A stretch of DNA of 64,000 nt, taken from NCBI GenBank assembly GCA_951406725.2, contig OX597827.1:45694001-45758000 (forward strand), read 5' to 3'. A program made the position numbers and the translations under genes. The notes beneath the pieces are model-generated. The model was not told where the DNA came from, did no database searches, and saw only the letters and a program-made list of their open reading frames with translations. This document shows positions 43,330-58,854 of the stretch, in pieces. Within the stretch, counting starts at the first letter, position 1. Each line of letters begins with the position of its first letter. The stretch is from Octopus vulgaris. Its lineage: Eukaryota.

Positions 43330-44447
43330 TCGTCAGTCCCACTGTGTGGCATCCTGGGCAAATGACTTATACTATAGCCTCGGGCCGATCAAAGCCTTCT
43401 GAGTGGATTTGGTTGACGGAAATTGAAAGAAGCTTGTCGTATATATTGTTCACACACCTGTTTCGTCTTTTGTTTTCCTATATATATATATGTGCGTGTG
43501 TGTGAGTGTGCCTTTGTGCCTGTTTGTACTACCACCATTGTTTGACAACCGATGTTGGTGTGTTTACGTCCCCGCAACTTAAGGATTCGCCAGAAGAGAC
43601 CGGTTGAATAAGTCCTGGGGTCGATTTCTGCGACTAAGAACACTTTAGGGCGGTGCTCCATCATGGCCGCAGTCAGGTGACTGAAACAAGTAACAGAATG
43701 TGTGTGTGTGAGTGTCTGTGTGTGTGTCTGTATGTCTGTATGTGTGTGTATGTGTCTGTGTGTGTGTGTGTGCCTGTGTATGTATATGTATATGTATGTG
43801 TGTATGTGTGTGTGTTTTTGTGAGTGTGTGTTTGCTTGAGTGTGTGTGTGTGTATGTGTATTTATTTTGCATATATTCTATCGTTCATCTCATTTCAGTC
43901 ATTAGACTGCGGCCATGCTGGAGCATTGCCTACGAGAATGAATTGACCCCAGTCTACTTAATTTCCACCCCACCCCACCTTTTAAGCCTGATACTTATTT
44001 TATCGGTGTTCCTTTGCTGAATTGCTAAATTACGGGTACATAAATAAACCAACACCGGCTGTCAAGCAATGATGGGAGACACACACACACGCTCTTTTAT
44101 ACTCTTTTATTCTTTTACTTGTTTCAGTCATTTGACTACGGCCATACTGGAGCACCGCCTTTTTTAGTCGAACAAATCGACCTCAGGACTTATTCTTTGT
44201 AAACTTGGTACTTATTCTATTGGCCATATTTTGCCGCTAGGTTGCGGGGTACATAAACACACCAATATCGGTTGTCAGGCGATTGTGGCTTCTTTCAGTT
44301 TCCGTCTACCAAATCCGCTCACAACGCTTTGGTTGGCCTGAGGTTTATAGTAGAAGATACTTGCACAAGGTTCTACGCAGTGGGATTGAACCCGGAACCA
44401 TGTGGTTGCTAAGCAACCTACTTACCACACAGCCACGCCTGCGCCCA
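43330..44447. mobile_element. Cluster of diverged CORE-like SINE copies
   Basis: Family match in both orientations. Confidence 0.65.
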
Positions 44448-44569
44448 TAGATATGCAATATATATGTAACATATACGCAGGGAAAGTTTACGAAAAAAGC
44501 AAAAGACGAAGACAGGTGGTGTACAAAACAAACAGATGTATTAGTATAACGCTCAGGAATAGAAAAAGT

Positions 44570-44605
44570 CTTTTACGTTTCGAGCCTACGCTCTTCTACA
44601 GAAAG
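44570..44605 (-). ncRNA. Minimal hammerhead-like motif with a mutated core
   Basis: Minus: cttt CTGTAGA a gagc gtag gctc GAAAC GTA aaag. Confidence 0.55.
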
Positions 44606-44760
44606 GTACACAGGAAAAACAAGGAGAGAAACAAGGAGAGAAAAAAATGCGTGTAGTGGCTAACGATCATACACATATACATATACACATATATTAATTT
44701 TATCGTTTACGCGTTTCAGCCTTTCGACTGCGACCATGCTGTAGCATTTTTGTTATATAT

Positions 44761-44820
<60 letters not shown>

Positions 44821-45377
44821 GCAGAGACAGGGGTACAATATGAATAACTGAACCACCAGTCACATCTCTCAGCCTTTTTCCCCTCTTTTCCGCAAGAGAA
44901 GACAAACACGCCAAACATTGTACATCATTATTCGTGCGCTTCGCACACACACACACACATAGTACATACATAATACACAAAAGTACACAGTATAAGCGCT
45001 ACGTACACATACACACACACATACCTACCTATCAATTTAGATGCTTGCTTACCAGCTGTGCCGGCCGACCTGTTTATCGATTTTTAGTTAACTGTTTACC
45101 ACTCACTCACTACACATGCGCACACAGACGCACCCACACACACACAAACACACACACATACACACACGCACGCACACGCACGCACACGCACGCGTGTGTG
45201 TGCCTATGTATGTATGTATGTATGTAAGTACATTTGTATATATATATATATATATATGTATATGTATATATAAATATATGTATATATATATGAAATTAAT
45301 TAAGGGTAGAAATTGATATTTATCAATTAAGACCAGTGGTCTAGCATATTAAAAAAGAATCCGAAGATTAAAATATT

Positions 45378-45675
45378 TATATATACCAATTAAGGACTGA
45401 ACACGAAAAGTGGACAGTCAACATGCTAGATATAGACGTCAAATCGCCATTCACCACAAAAGATTATGTTCTCAGATCAAACTCAACACAAAACCATAGC
45501 AATAAACAAGTGAAAAATATACGTTTATTTCGTATATTTTTCACTTGTTTATTGCTATGGTTTTGTGTTGAGTTTGATCTGAGAACATAATCTTTTGTGG
45601 TGAATGGCGATTTGACGTCTATATCTAGCATGTTGACTGTCCACTTTTCGTGTTCAGTCCTTAATTGGTATATAT
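45378..45675. repeat. Perfect palindrome with ~145-bp arms and a ~7-nt spacer
   Basis: ..gtgaaaaatatacg tttattt cgtatatttttcac..; outer ends ataccaattaagg / ccttaattggtat. Confidence 0.9.
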
Positions 45676-45919
45676 ATATATGTATATATATATGTATTGA
45701 TATATATATATATACATTTATGTGTGTATATATATATATATATGAATATATATAAATATATGTATGTATATATATATATATATATATGTAAATGTATATA
45801 TATATATGAGAGAACTAAGTGTACTTATATATATATATATATATGTATGTTCATAAACACATACATATACAAATATGAAAGTAATCACATACACATACAT
45901 TGCGCGCACGCGCACATGC

Positions 45920-45964
<45 letters not shown>

Positions 45965-46990
45965 TACATATATGTTCTATTACACACGCACACACACACA
46001 CACTAGTTAGAGTAGATTTTATTCTCGATGTTTTGATGCTTTTGTTGGCGGCGGTGCAGCCGTATTAGTAATTGTAGTAGTAGTAGTTGTAATGGTTGTG
46101 TTGGCTGTGGTGGTCATGGTGGTTATGGTGTTGATGTTAGTGGTGGTGGTGGTGGTGGTGAAGAATTTAGTTGTAGGGGTAAAACTCACCTTTTTGTCAA
46201 AATATCTTTGATAGCTTGCGTGTATGTGTGCGTGTGTGTGTGTATGTGTGTATGTGTGTGTGTAAGTGGTGGTCCTGATCTCTCTCTCTCTCTCGCTTTC
46301 TCTCATTCTCTCTCTCTCATTCTCTCTGTCTCTTATTGTCCCCCTCTGTCTCTCATTCTCTCTCTCTGTCTCTCATTCTCTCTATCATTCTCTCTCCCTC
46401 TTTCCCACTCTCTCTATCATTCTATCTCTCATTCTCTCTCTCTCTCTCTCTCATTCTCTCTCTCTCTCTCTCTCATTCTCTCTCTTTCTCATTCTCTCGC
46501 ACTGTGTCTCTCATTCTCTCTCTTTCTCATTCTCTCTCTTTCTCATTCTCTCTCTCTCATTCTCTCTCTCTCTCTTTCATTCTCACTCTCTCTCTCATTC
46601 TCTCTCCTTCTCATTCTCTCTCTCTGTCTCTCATTCTCTCTCTCTTTCTCATTCTCTCTCTCTGTCTCTCATCCTCTCTCTCTCTCTCATTTTCTCTCCC
46701 TCACTCTCTCTCTCTCTCTCCTGTCGGTGAGCCTGCTGGTCGGCTGGCCGCTTTCTTTTTCGTTTAGAGCTGAACAGCATAATAAGAACCGGTGCAAAGG
46801 GTAGGTGTCGTTGAAGGAAGGTACGGAGAGTAAGAGGAGTGGGAAGAGGAGGGAGAAGAAGACAAGGATGAGGAGGAAGAGGAGGGAGAGCAGAATATGG
46901 CAGCATGCCGCTTACACACACACACACATACGCACTCTCACACACGTACTCGCATACACACATACACACGCACACACTCAGCAACACTGT

Positions 46991-47012
46991 AGCGACACCA
47001 ATTCTACATTCC
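46991..47012 (+). other. Conserved 22-nt element copy 9 (subfamily A)
   Basis: agcgacaccaattctacattcc followed by tacacaatcaatcaccacctg, like copy 2. Confidence 0.8.
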
Positions 47013-48185
47013 TACACAATCAATCACCACCTGTGTGATCGGCCCGTTTGGAGCGTTTTTTTCCCATCAATAAAATTGCTTGTTTGCATCATCATCGTCG
47101 TCATCATCGTCGCCTTCATCGTCGTCGTCGTCGTCGTCATCATCATCGCCATCATCATCGTCATAATCATCGTCGCCTTGGTCGACATCGTCGTCGTCGT
47201 TGTTCTCATTCATCATCGTTATTATCAATTAGTCAATCAATCATTCAATCACTCGGCCGCATATCTATCTCGACGTTGACCGACCTGCTAGAAATAGCTG
47301 TTAAGTCTCCCTCAAATTACACTACCCGCCCAGTTTTGTTGTGTGTCTTCTCTCTCTACCTTTAATTCTTTAATTCTTTATCTACTCACAAGATTTTTGG
47401 TCGGCCCGGGGCTTGAGGTGCCACGTAGTGGAACTGAACCAAGAACCATGTAGTCGGATAGCAATGCATCGGACATCATCATCATCGTCGTCGTTGTCGT
47501 CATCATTATTATCCCTATCAGCTTCTACTTTAATCGACCTGTTAGAAATAGCTGCCAAACCATTCTCAAATTACACCCGACCGACCGACCAGCTTAGAAA
47601 ATGTGGCAGGGGAGTGAAAAAGTAAATGGAATCTAAGAACTCTACGCATCGGCGTTTTCCTGAAGCTTGACCTCCGGATCTGTAAGGCCCCTGAATGTCT
47701 CTGCGGATCCACTGTGGATTTTTCGGCCTCCACCCACTGTCATGGCGTAAGAAAGCTCACCGTTTCTCAATAATTGCCGCCCTTAGTAAAATCCTAAAAC
47801 TTGGTCTAGACGCCGCAGGTTTCCCTTCCCAGCTCGTGTCAGCGGGGCTAGACCGAGGGGACGGGCATAACGCCTGACGGTATGACAATTTTCCTGTTCC
47901 GTTACGGTAGGCACTTCATCTGGGATGCCACATATTGTGACATCTTCTCCAGCGGCCACTTGGTGTGTTCAGCTACCAGTCCAGGCTTCGCTGCTCGTCA
48001 CAAGGTATCGGTCGCTCTCTGACATATTTATTGGTCGAGCCTGTGGCCGTAGACACCTCCGGAGTTCATGGTCCCAGGACCATATCCCTGCTCACCGATA
48101 TCAGGATGTAGATGGCTATCCGCAAATGCGAGCCTCGTGAGTCGGAGTGGCTGTTGCGTCACATGTCCCTCGCCATCCCCCAAAG

Positions 48186-49289
<1,104 letters not shown>

Positions 49290-49669
49290 CTCCAGAGTAA
49301 CGCTGGGACAAAATGTGGCAGTTTGACTTATAGGAAATTGTACGTTCCATTCCATAATGTGCGAAGTAGAGCACCTTCAAATAGTAGCGCTTAACATGAG
49401 GGAAAAGGGTTCTAAGACTATAAACGAGCAGTTTACATTTTTTTTTTAAAAACTATCATGTCCTTTCTTTTCCGAACTTTTTTCTCGACGTTCCCTCGCT
49501 ACGATTCATGAACGGAATGTATGTAGTTTTGAAAATATGCGACATCGTCTGACTGTTAAAAAGAAAGACAGAGGAGACAAGTTTGGGTGGCCACGGCTGA
49601 GATATTTTGTTTTGGATTCATTGATCATAGAAATACATGAGTCTAATTCGATCAGAGTTGACCTGGGGT

Positions 49670-49700
<31 letters not shown>

Positions 49701-49701
49701 A

Positions 49702-49767
<66 letters not shown>

Positions 49768-49810
49768 ATAAATATCACCAACATCAACAGCTGTGACAAA
49801 ATAACTAACT

Positions 49811-50040
49811 AGGTGGCGAGCTGGCAGAAACGTTAGCACGCCGGGCGAAATGCATAGACGTATTTCGTCTGTCGTTACGTTCCGAATTCAAATTCCGCCG
49901 AGGTCGACTTTGCCTTTCATCCCTTTCGGGGGCGATAAATTAAGTACCAGTTACGCACTGGGGTCGATGTAATCGACTTAATCCCTTTGTCTGTCCTTGT
50001 TTGTCCCCTCTGTGTTTAGCTCCTTGTGGGTAGTAAAAGA
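49811..50040 (+). mobile_element. Meta-like SINE copy
   Basis: Family match. Confidence 0.75.
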
Positions 50041-51550
50041 AATATAAATAACTAACTGCCTGCTGAAGACAAGAAGTAACAATTAAAACAAATGAATAGA
50101 TAAGCTAGGAGAATAAATAAGAGAGAAAGAGAGGGGGGAGTAGGAGGGAAGAAAGTAAGAAAGAGAGGGAAGAGAGAGATAGAGAGAGAAACGGGAGTGA
50201 GCAAACAACAAGGGAGGAAAAGGAACCATATTAACGTACTTCATGAGTCCTTTTATTTGTCACAGGGGCAAACAGAGAGGATAAATTACAAGAAGGAAAA
50301 TAAGCGTGGTTAAGAAGCTTGCTGTCCAGTCTTGGGTTCAGCCCCACTATGCGGCACATTGAGGTTGTGTCTTCTGCTATAGCCCCGGCCCGACCAAAGT
50401 CTTGCGAGTGGATTTGGCACACGGAAACTGAAAGAAGCCCGTCGTATATATGTGTATATATATATTTATATATCGGTAAAACTTACTTGGAAGAGGATGC
50501 GTGGCGTTTCATCATATAATAACAAAATAATAAATAAAACATATGCATATATACATACATATATGTACGTACCTACATCTATATGTATATATACATGCAT
50601 ATATAGGTACAGGACACAAAAAAAAAAACATCGAACACAATGAGAAAGGGAAACATGAAAACAGAACCATGGAAACGGACATTTTTTTTAAAACAACGAA
50701 AAAACAGGGTACAAGACATACAACACAAGGAAAATTCCCCTTCTTCAGCCGCCTCCGTTTCCTCTACTTCGGGCACAGCATCCCTTGATTTTGAACATTT
50801 CTATTATGTGTTGCATAATATGGCTAGGGCATAGCCGAAAAGGGCAATAGAAAAAAAAAATGATTGAAAAATTCCATGATGGAATGAAAGCATGGGTCAG
50901 CGCTGGTGATAAGCCCACTGAACACCTGCTGCCGGAGGCGCCCATCATCGCCGGAGTGTAAGACATAGGAAGACACAAAAGTCACACACACATTACAATT
51001 TTTAAACGATTTTATGTGTATGTGTGTCTGCATAATACAGATATAGGTATTATTGTAGGTATGTATACATGCATCAATATATAATATATGTGCTTATATA
51101 TGTACACATGTATATATATATATATGTATGTGTGTGTGTATATTTATAAACATACATGTAATTACATACATATATATGCACATATATATACATACATACA
51201 CACACACACACATATATTATAGATATCTATCGATCCATTAAGAGAAAGGGACCATCTGCTGGCAATTATCAATATTTCATTTCTTTCGCGCTCGCCTCAC
51301 TCTTCTCTGTTTTACTCATATTTTCACTTGAATGTTTCTCCCCCTCTCTCTTTGTTTCTCTTTCACTCACTCTAATCCTTTCCATCTTTGTTTGCTCCTC
51401 CTTTGCTAAATACATAAGCCCTCCCACTTTCCGCTTCATACGTACACACGCACGCACACACATATACGCGCGGATAAAAAAAGACAGTAAGAAAAAAACA
51501 ACTCGGAAACGTGGTACATGCAAAGACACTCAGGGAAGAAAAGAAAGGGG

Positions 51551-51586
51551 GTTTTACGTTTCGAGCCAAAGCTCTTCTTCAGAAAC
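51551..51586 (-). ncRNA. Minimal type-I hammerhead motif (Penelope-type)
   Basis: Minus: gttt CTGAAGA a gagc tttg gctc GAAAC GTA aaac. Confidence 0.7.
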
Positions 51587-51650
51587 TGGAGACAGCGGAA
51601 AGTCCCAAAGAAAAAGAAGACGGTGGGGGGAAATCGCTAATAATCATATA

Positions 51651-51706
<56 letters not shown>

Positions 51707-51709
<3 letters not shown>

Positions 51710-52065
51710 TGTGCGGTGAAGAGATTGTCATTTAAATTACGCATAAATAAAAATAACACTGACATCCCATTTTAAGAGATATATTTACCAAAATTACATT
51801 AAAATATTTAATATAAATTTATTCAATAAAATTGCCCTTGGCTTCAACCAGACGATTTCGGTATCTACTGCAACTCTTCTGGACGGTCTCCTTGTTTAAG
51901 TTGGTGAATGCTGCCATAATCCTTGCCTTCAGTTCATCTTTGGTGTTACAAGGAGTTTTATTGGTCTCTCACTCAACTGCACTCTACACATAATCAAGGT
52001 GGTTGCAGTCTGGGGAGTTAGGTGGCCAGATGTTAGGGGTGATGTGGTCTCAGAAATTGCCTGAG
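51707..52065 (-). mobile_element. Tc1/mariner transposase 3' fragment with one terminus
   Basis: Minus WPPNSPDCNHLDY..KDELKARI..VEAKGNFIE*; TA|CAGTGTGCGG end. Confidence 0.8.
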
Positions 52066-52074
52066 CACATTTTT

Positions 52075-52560
52075 TTACTTTTGCATCCGTATTTCAGAAA
52101 ACAATTTTGCCTTTGTGAGAATCTTTTTAAGTGATTTAGGTTGTTTGTAGCTTTTAATGATTTTATGTATGTTTAGAATTTCCTTTAATTTGGGGTCCTT
52201 ATGAAGTATTGGTAAATTCTGGGTGATGATGGTGAAGGCTTCTTTGTTTCTGGGGTTGTATGTGGATATGTAAGGCAGTATTTTCGGGGAAGGTGTGTTG
52301 TTGTGTTGAACTTTTCTCAAAGTTTCTATGTCGATTTCTGTTGCACGTCTGATCCCATCCTCTATGAGTTGAGCTGGGTAGTGTCTGTTAATTAGGGTGT
52401 TTTTGAGTTCTTGTAGTCTAAAGTTCCTGGCATTTTGTTCTGGCACTATTGTGCATATCCTTCTTGCAAGGTTGAAAGGGATGTTTGTTTTAGTGTGTCT
52501 TGGGTAGCATGAATCAAAAAGTAGGTATTGTTTGGCGTCTGTGGCTTTGTAAAAAATGTA
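52075..52560 (-). pseudogene. Penelope-like element ORF fragment (RT thumb/linker)
   Basis: YKATDAKQYLLFDSCYPRHTKTNIPFNLARRICTIV..LINRHYP..KQPKSLKKIL; ~80 bp at its 5' end is duplicated in inverted orientation at 52583-52660. Confidence 0.85.
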
Positions 52561-52774
52561 TGTTTCTATTTTAAGACATTTTTTACAAAGCCACAGACGC
52601 CAAACAATACCTACTTTTTGATTCATGCCACCCAAGACACACTAAAACAAACATCCCTTTCATCCCTTTCAAAACAAACACACAAATACAGCCATATATA
52701 TATATATATATATATAGATAGATAAATTCATACATACATACATACATAAATACATACATACATACATACATACA

Positions 52775-52810
<36 letters not shown>

Positions 52811-53024
52811 TATATATACATGCGACGGACTTCTTTCAGTTTCCGTCTACCAAATCCTCTCACAAGGCTTTGGCCGGCCCGAGGATATAGTAGAAGGCAC
52901 TTGCCCAAGGTGCCACGCAGTGGGACTGAACTCGAAACCATGTGGTTGGGAGGCAAGCTTCTTACAACACAGCCACTCCTGCACCTATATATACACACAC
53001 AGACACACACACACACACACACAC

Positions 53025-53086
<62 letters not shown>

Positions 53087-53093
<7 letters not shown>

Positions 53094-56000
53094 CAACAAT
53101 TGAGGGTAAAATTAATTAATTATTAATCAATTTCACCAAGTGTTCAGTATGCAAAGGGACCATTTAAGGCGAATTCAAATTATTACATTATATAAAAGGG
53201 CTTAGTAAAATAAATTACTTTGCCGCATACTGAACTCATTAGAAATAGCAGCCAAAAAACTTTTTTAAAAGCTATTTCTAATACTTAAAGAAAATCTCTC
53301 ATATATAGTGTTTGCTTAATTCAACTCACAAAAGTTTGGGGGTAAGGACATCAAAAAATCGAATGCTAAGGTTATTTGAGAACGTACGTTTCAAGATTAG
53401 TCAAAACAACACTTCTATCATCAGCTCAGAAACTCCTTGGTTTGGATTTGGAAACACTGAAAGTAAGAACATACCCTTTCGAAGATCCGCTCGTAACTAA
53501 CAGTGCCAACAAACCCAAATAAGCAAGCGAAGAATTTCTGTTCTCCCCTTTCCACCAGCGTGGGTTAAAATCATCAAACACTATGCTTATTTCGGTAAAA
53601 TCCGAAGCATTAATTAGAGGGAGATTAATTATAATTTCAACAATTGAGGGTAAAATTAATTAATTATTAATCAATTTCACCAAGTGTTCAGTATGCAAAG
53701 GGACCATTTAAGGCGAATTCAAATTATTACATTATATAAAAGGGCTTAGTAAAATAAATTACTTTGCCGCATACTGAACTCATTAGAAATAGCAGCCAAA
53801 AAACTTTTTTAAAAGCTATTTCTAATACTTAAAGAAAATCTCTCTCATATATAGTGTTTGCTTAATTCAACTCACAAAAGTTTGGGGGTAAGGACATCAA
53901 AAAATCGAATGCTAAGGTTATTTGAGAACGTACGTTTCAAGATTAGTCAAAACAACACTTCTATTATCAGCTCAGAAACTCCTTGGTTTGGATTTGGAAA
54001 CACTGAAAGTAAGAACATACCCTTTCGAAGATCCGCTCGTAACTAACAGTGCCAACAAACCCAAATAAGCAAGCGAAGAATTTCTGTTCTCCCCTTTCCA
54101 CCAGCGTGGGTTAAAATCATCAAACACTATGCTTATTTCGGTAAAATCCGAAGCAATAATTAGAGGGAGATTAATTATTTTACTAAGCCCTTTTATATAA
54201 TGTAATAATTTGAATTCGCCTTAAATGGTCCCTTTGCATACTGAACACTTGGTGAAATTGATTAATAATTAATTAATTTTACCCTCAATTGTTGAAATTA
54301 TAATTAATCTCCCTCTAATTAATGCTTCGGATTTTACCGAAATAAGCATAGTGTTTGATGATTTTAACCCACGCTGGTGGAAAGGGGAGAACAGAAATTC
54401 TTCGCTTGCTTATTTGGGTTTGTTGGCACTGTTAGTTACGAGCGGATCTTCGAAAGGGTATGTTCTTACTTTCAGTGTTTCCAAATCCAAACCAAGGAGT
54501 TTCTGAGCTGATGATAGAAGTGTTGTTTTGACTAATCTTGAAACGTACGTTCTCAAATAACCTTAGCATTCGATTTTTTGATGTCCTTACCCCCAAACTT
54601 TTGTGAGTTGAATTAAGCAAACACTATATATGAGAGAGATTTTCTTTAAGTATTAGAAATAGCTTTTAAAAAAGTTTTTTGGCTGCTATTTCTAATGAGT
54701 TCAGTATGCGGCAAAGTAATTTATTTTACTAAGCCCTTTTATATAATGTAATAATTTGAATTCGCCTTAAATGGTCCCTTTGCATACTGAACACTTGGTG
54801 AAATTGATTAATAATTAATTAATTTTACCCTCAATTGTTGAAATTATAATTAATCTCCCTCTAATTAATGCTTCGGATTTTACCGAAATAAGCATAGTGT
54901 TTGATGATTTTAACCCACGCTGGTGGAAAGGGGAGAACAGAAATTCTTCGCTTGCTTATTTGGGTTTGTTGGCACTGTTAGTTACGAGCGGATCTTCGAA
55001 AGGGTATGTTCTTACTTTCAGTGTTTCCAAATCCAAACCAAGGAGTTTCTGAGCTGATGATAGAAGTGTTGTTTTGACTAATCTTGAAACGTACGTTCTC
55101 AAATAACCTTAGCATTCGATTTTTTGATGTCCTTACCCCCAAACTTTTGTGAGTTGAATTAAGCAAACACTATATATGAGAGAGATTTTCTTTAAGTATT
55201 AGAAATAGCTTTTAAAAAAGTTTTTTGGCTGCTATTTCTAATGAGTTCAGTATGCGGCAAAGTAATTTATTTTACTAAGCCCTTTTATATAATGTAATAA
55301 TTTGAATTCGCCTTAAATGGTCACTTTGCATACTGAACACTTGGTGAAATTGATTAATAATTAATTAATTTTACCCTCAATTGTTGAAATTATAATTAAT
55401 CTCCCTCTAATTAATGCTTCGGATTTTACCGAAATAAGCATAGTGTTTGATGATTTTAACCCACGCTGGTGGAAAGGGGAGAACAGAAATTCTTCGCTTG
55501 CTTATTTGGGTTTGTTGGCACTGTTAGTTACGAGCGGATCTTCGAAAGGGTATGTTCTTACTTTCAGTGTTTCCAAATCCAAACCAAGGAGTTTCTGAGC
55601 TGATGATAGAAGTGTTGTTTTGACTAATCTTGAAACGTACGTTCTCAAATAACCTTAGCATTCGATTTTTTGATGTCCTTACCCCCAAACTTTTGTGAGT
55701 TGAATTAAGCAAACACTATATATGAGAGAGATTTTCTTTAAGTATTAGAAATAGCTTTTAAAAAAGTTTTTTGGCTGTTATTTCTAATGAGTTCAGTATG
55801 CGGCAAAGTAATTTATTTTACTAAGCCCTTTTATATAATGTAATAATTTGAATTCGCCTTAAATGGTCCCTTTGCATACTGAACACTTGGTGAAATTGAT
55901 TAATAATTAATTAATTTTACCCTCAATTGTTGAAATTATAATTATTCTCCCTCTAATTAATGCTTCGGATTTTACCGAAATAAGCATAGTGTTTGATGAT

Positions 56001-57469
56001 TTTAACCCACGCTGGTGGAAAGGGGAGAACAGAAATTCTTCGCTTGCTTATTTGGGTTTGTTGGCACTGTTAGTTACGAGCGGATCTTCGAAAGGGTATG
56101 TTCTTACTTTCAGTGTTTCCAAATCCAAACCAAGGAGTTTCTGAGCTGATGATAGAAGTGTTGTTTTGACTAATCTTGAAACGTACGTTCTCAAATAACC
56201 TTAGCATTCGATTTTTTGATGTCCTTACCCCCAAACTTTTGTGAGTTGAATTAAGCAAACACTATATATGAGAGAGATTTTCTTTAAGTATTAGAAATAG
56301 CTTTTAAAAAAGTTTTTTGGCTGCTATTTCTAATGAGTTCAGTATGCGGCAAAGTAATTTATTTTACTAAGCCCTTTTATATAATGTAATAATTTGAATT
56401 CGCCTTAAATGGTCCCTTTGCATACTGAACACTTGGTGAAATTGATTAATAATTAATTAATTTTACCCTCAATTGTTGAAATTATAATTAATCTCCCTCT
56501 AATTAATGCTTCGGATTTTACCGAAATAAGCATAGTGTTTGATGATTTTAACCCACGCTGGTGGAAAGGGGAGAACAGAAATTCTTCGCTTGCTTATTTG
56601 GGTTTGTTGGCACTGTTAGTTACGAGCGGATCTTCGAAAGGGTATGTTCTTACTTTCAGTGTTTCCAAATCCAAACCAAGGAGTTTCTGAGCTGATGATA
56701 GAAGTGTTGTTTTGACTAATCTTGAAACGTACGTTCTCAAATAACCTTAGCATTCGATTTTTTGATGTCCTTACCCCCAAACTTTTGTGAGTTGAATTAA
56801 GCAAACACTATATATGAGAGAGATTTTCTTTAAGTATTAGAAATAGCTTTTAAAAAAGTTTTTTGGCTGCTATTTCTAATGAGTTCAGTATGCGGCAAAG
56901 TAATTTATTTTACTAAGCCCTTTTATATAATGTAATAATTTGAATTCGCCTTAAATGGTCACTTTGCATACTGAACACTTGGTGAAATTGATTAATAATT
57001 AATTAATTTTACCCTCAATTGTTGAAATTATAATTAATCTCCCTCTAATTAATGCTTCGGATTTTACCGAAATAAGCATAGTGTTTGATGATTTTAACCC
57101 ACGCTGGTGGAAAGGGGAGAACAGAAATTCTTCGCTTGCTTATTTGGGTTTGTTGGCACTGTTAGTTACGAGCGGATCTTCGAAAGGGTATGTTCTTACT
57201 TTCAGTGTTTCCAAATCCAAACCAAGGAGTTTCTGAGCTGATGATAGAAGTGTTGTTTTGACTAATCTTGAAACGTACGTTCTCAAATAACCTTAGCATT
57301 CGATTTTTTGATGTCCTTACCCCCAAACTTTTGTGAGTTGAATTAAGCAAACACTATATATGAGAGAGATTTTCTTTAAGTATTAGAAATAGCTTTTAAA
57401 AAAGTTTTTTAGCTGCTATTTCTAATGAGTTCAGTATGCGGCAAAGTAATTTATTTTACTAAGCCCTTT

Positions 57470-57476
<7 letters not shown>
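53087..57476. repeat. 546-bp tandem array, 2 forward then ~6 inverted near-identical units, each with a hammerhead-like motif
   Basis: Identical 62-aa ORF every 546 bp (53312, 53858 on plus; 54620 to 57350 on minus); orientation switch near 54177; flanked by (TA)n. Confidence 0.95.
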
Positions 57477-57507
<31 letters not shown>

Positions 57508-57540
57508 GTGTGTATGTATGCATATTTACATATATATACG

Positions 57541-57577
<37 letters not shown>

Positions 57578-57753
57578 TGTGGTGGTAATGCTACTCAGAG
57601 TTTCACGCATGTTTGCGTGTCTGGTTTATAATATATGAGGCTTAGTGTTTTTCACATGAAATATTTATGGATAGCCAATCATTGGATGAAAAATGTGTCA
57701 GTCGAAATGCAATGGAAAGTGATATATAACAATGTAGACATATATAAAAGCAG

Positions 57754-57810
<57 letters not shown>

Positions 57811-57864
57811 ATGATATGATATGATATGATATGTATATGTATATGTATGCATTATGTATGTATT

Positions 57865-57894
<30 letters not shown>

Positions 57895-57903
<9 letters not shown>

Positions 57904-58045
57904 GTCTGTGGAGAGTCATTCTCTTTTAGTGCTTTATAATGTAACTGCAAGACGCAAAGAAAATCTTAGTAAAAGAAATAAGTAAATGAGTGTGTTAAAT
58001 TATAAGGCACTAAAAGAGAATGACTCCCCAGATACAACAGAATAT
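57895..58045. repeat. Imperfect inverted repeat
   Basis: gagtcattctcttttagtgctttataat / attataaggcactaaaagagaatgactc; related sequence near 42200. Confidence 0.75.
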
Positions 58046-58175
58046 GCTTCACCACACGAACTCACATAAAGAATCTTGCAAACCAAATCCCACAACGAAA
58101 TAATATATATATATAATTATATATAATACACACACACACACACATACACACACACACACATACACACACACACAC

Positions 58176-58232
<57 letters not shown>

Positions 58233-58457
58233 CATGTCTGCCTACACAGGTAGATAAATACACGCATATATTTGTGGCTACTAGTTAGAAAGAACTGCGA
58301 TGATGAAACGTTATGTAAGAAAGTGAAAGTAAAAAACTTTTTTTCTTCCTTTTCCTAAGCCTCTCTGATGAGTTCGAAAATTCCTCCAGAGAACTCAACT
58401 GTGATGTAGATATCTCATACTGTGGTATTTATCTTCTCTTGTATCAGTCACAACACA

Positions 58458-58854
58458 TCTTTATATATAGAAGTAAGGTTGTGTGAGAGTCTGTCTCCTA
58501 CGATTTAGATTCCTAACTACTCCCACATTTTGCGGTGCAGTTTAACCAAAACCGGGTATCTTATAGTCGTGATTCATATCAAGCCCTTCTGGGTATTAGC
58601 GCGCGTCTACGATGAGTCTACGATTTAAAAACAAATTTACCATCAATTTTTCACATTTTTAATGTATTTTTGGCAAATATAAGGGAAGTAACTCTCTAAA
58701 AATGTATTATTAAATCTCAGAACGTAAAAAGCTACAGTAACACCCCCCCTTTGTGGTTAGCCATATTGAGATGGCTATTATACTTTACATCTCTAAAAAT
58801 GCTTATATAGTTATTTCCCTTACAAACCCGAGCAACGCCGGGCGATACTGCTAG
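58458..58854 (+). mobile_element. Non-autonomous Helitron
   Basis: A|TC 5' end, subterminal hairpin cccgagcaacgccggg, CTAG|T 3' end. Confidence 0.75.

Noticed and set aside
47620-48180. GC-richer complex block as a host exon
   Set aside because: No sustained ORF or convincing splice pair; probably an unclassified transposon remnant
53312-57350. Identical 62-aa ORF repeated eight times
   Set aside because: Starts at TTG, has no recognisable domain, lies antisense to the hammerhead, and its identity only reflects the DNA repeat
58365-58400. ctgatgagttcgaaa as a hammerhead
   Set aside because: No viable stem II or stem III/cleavage triplet
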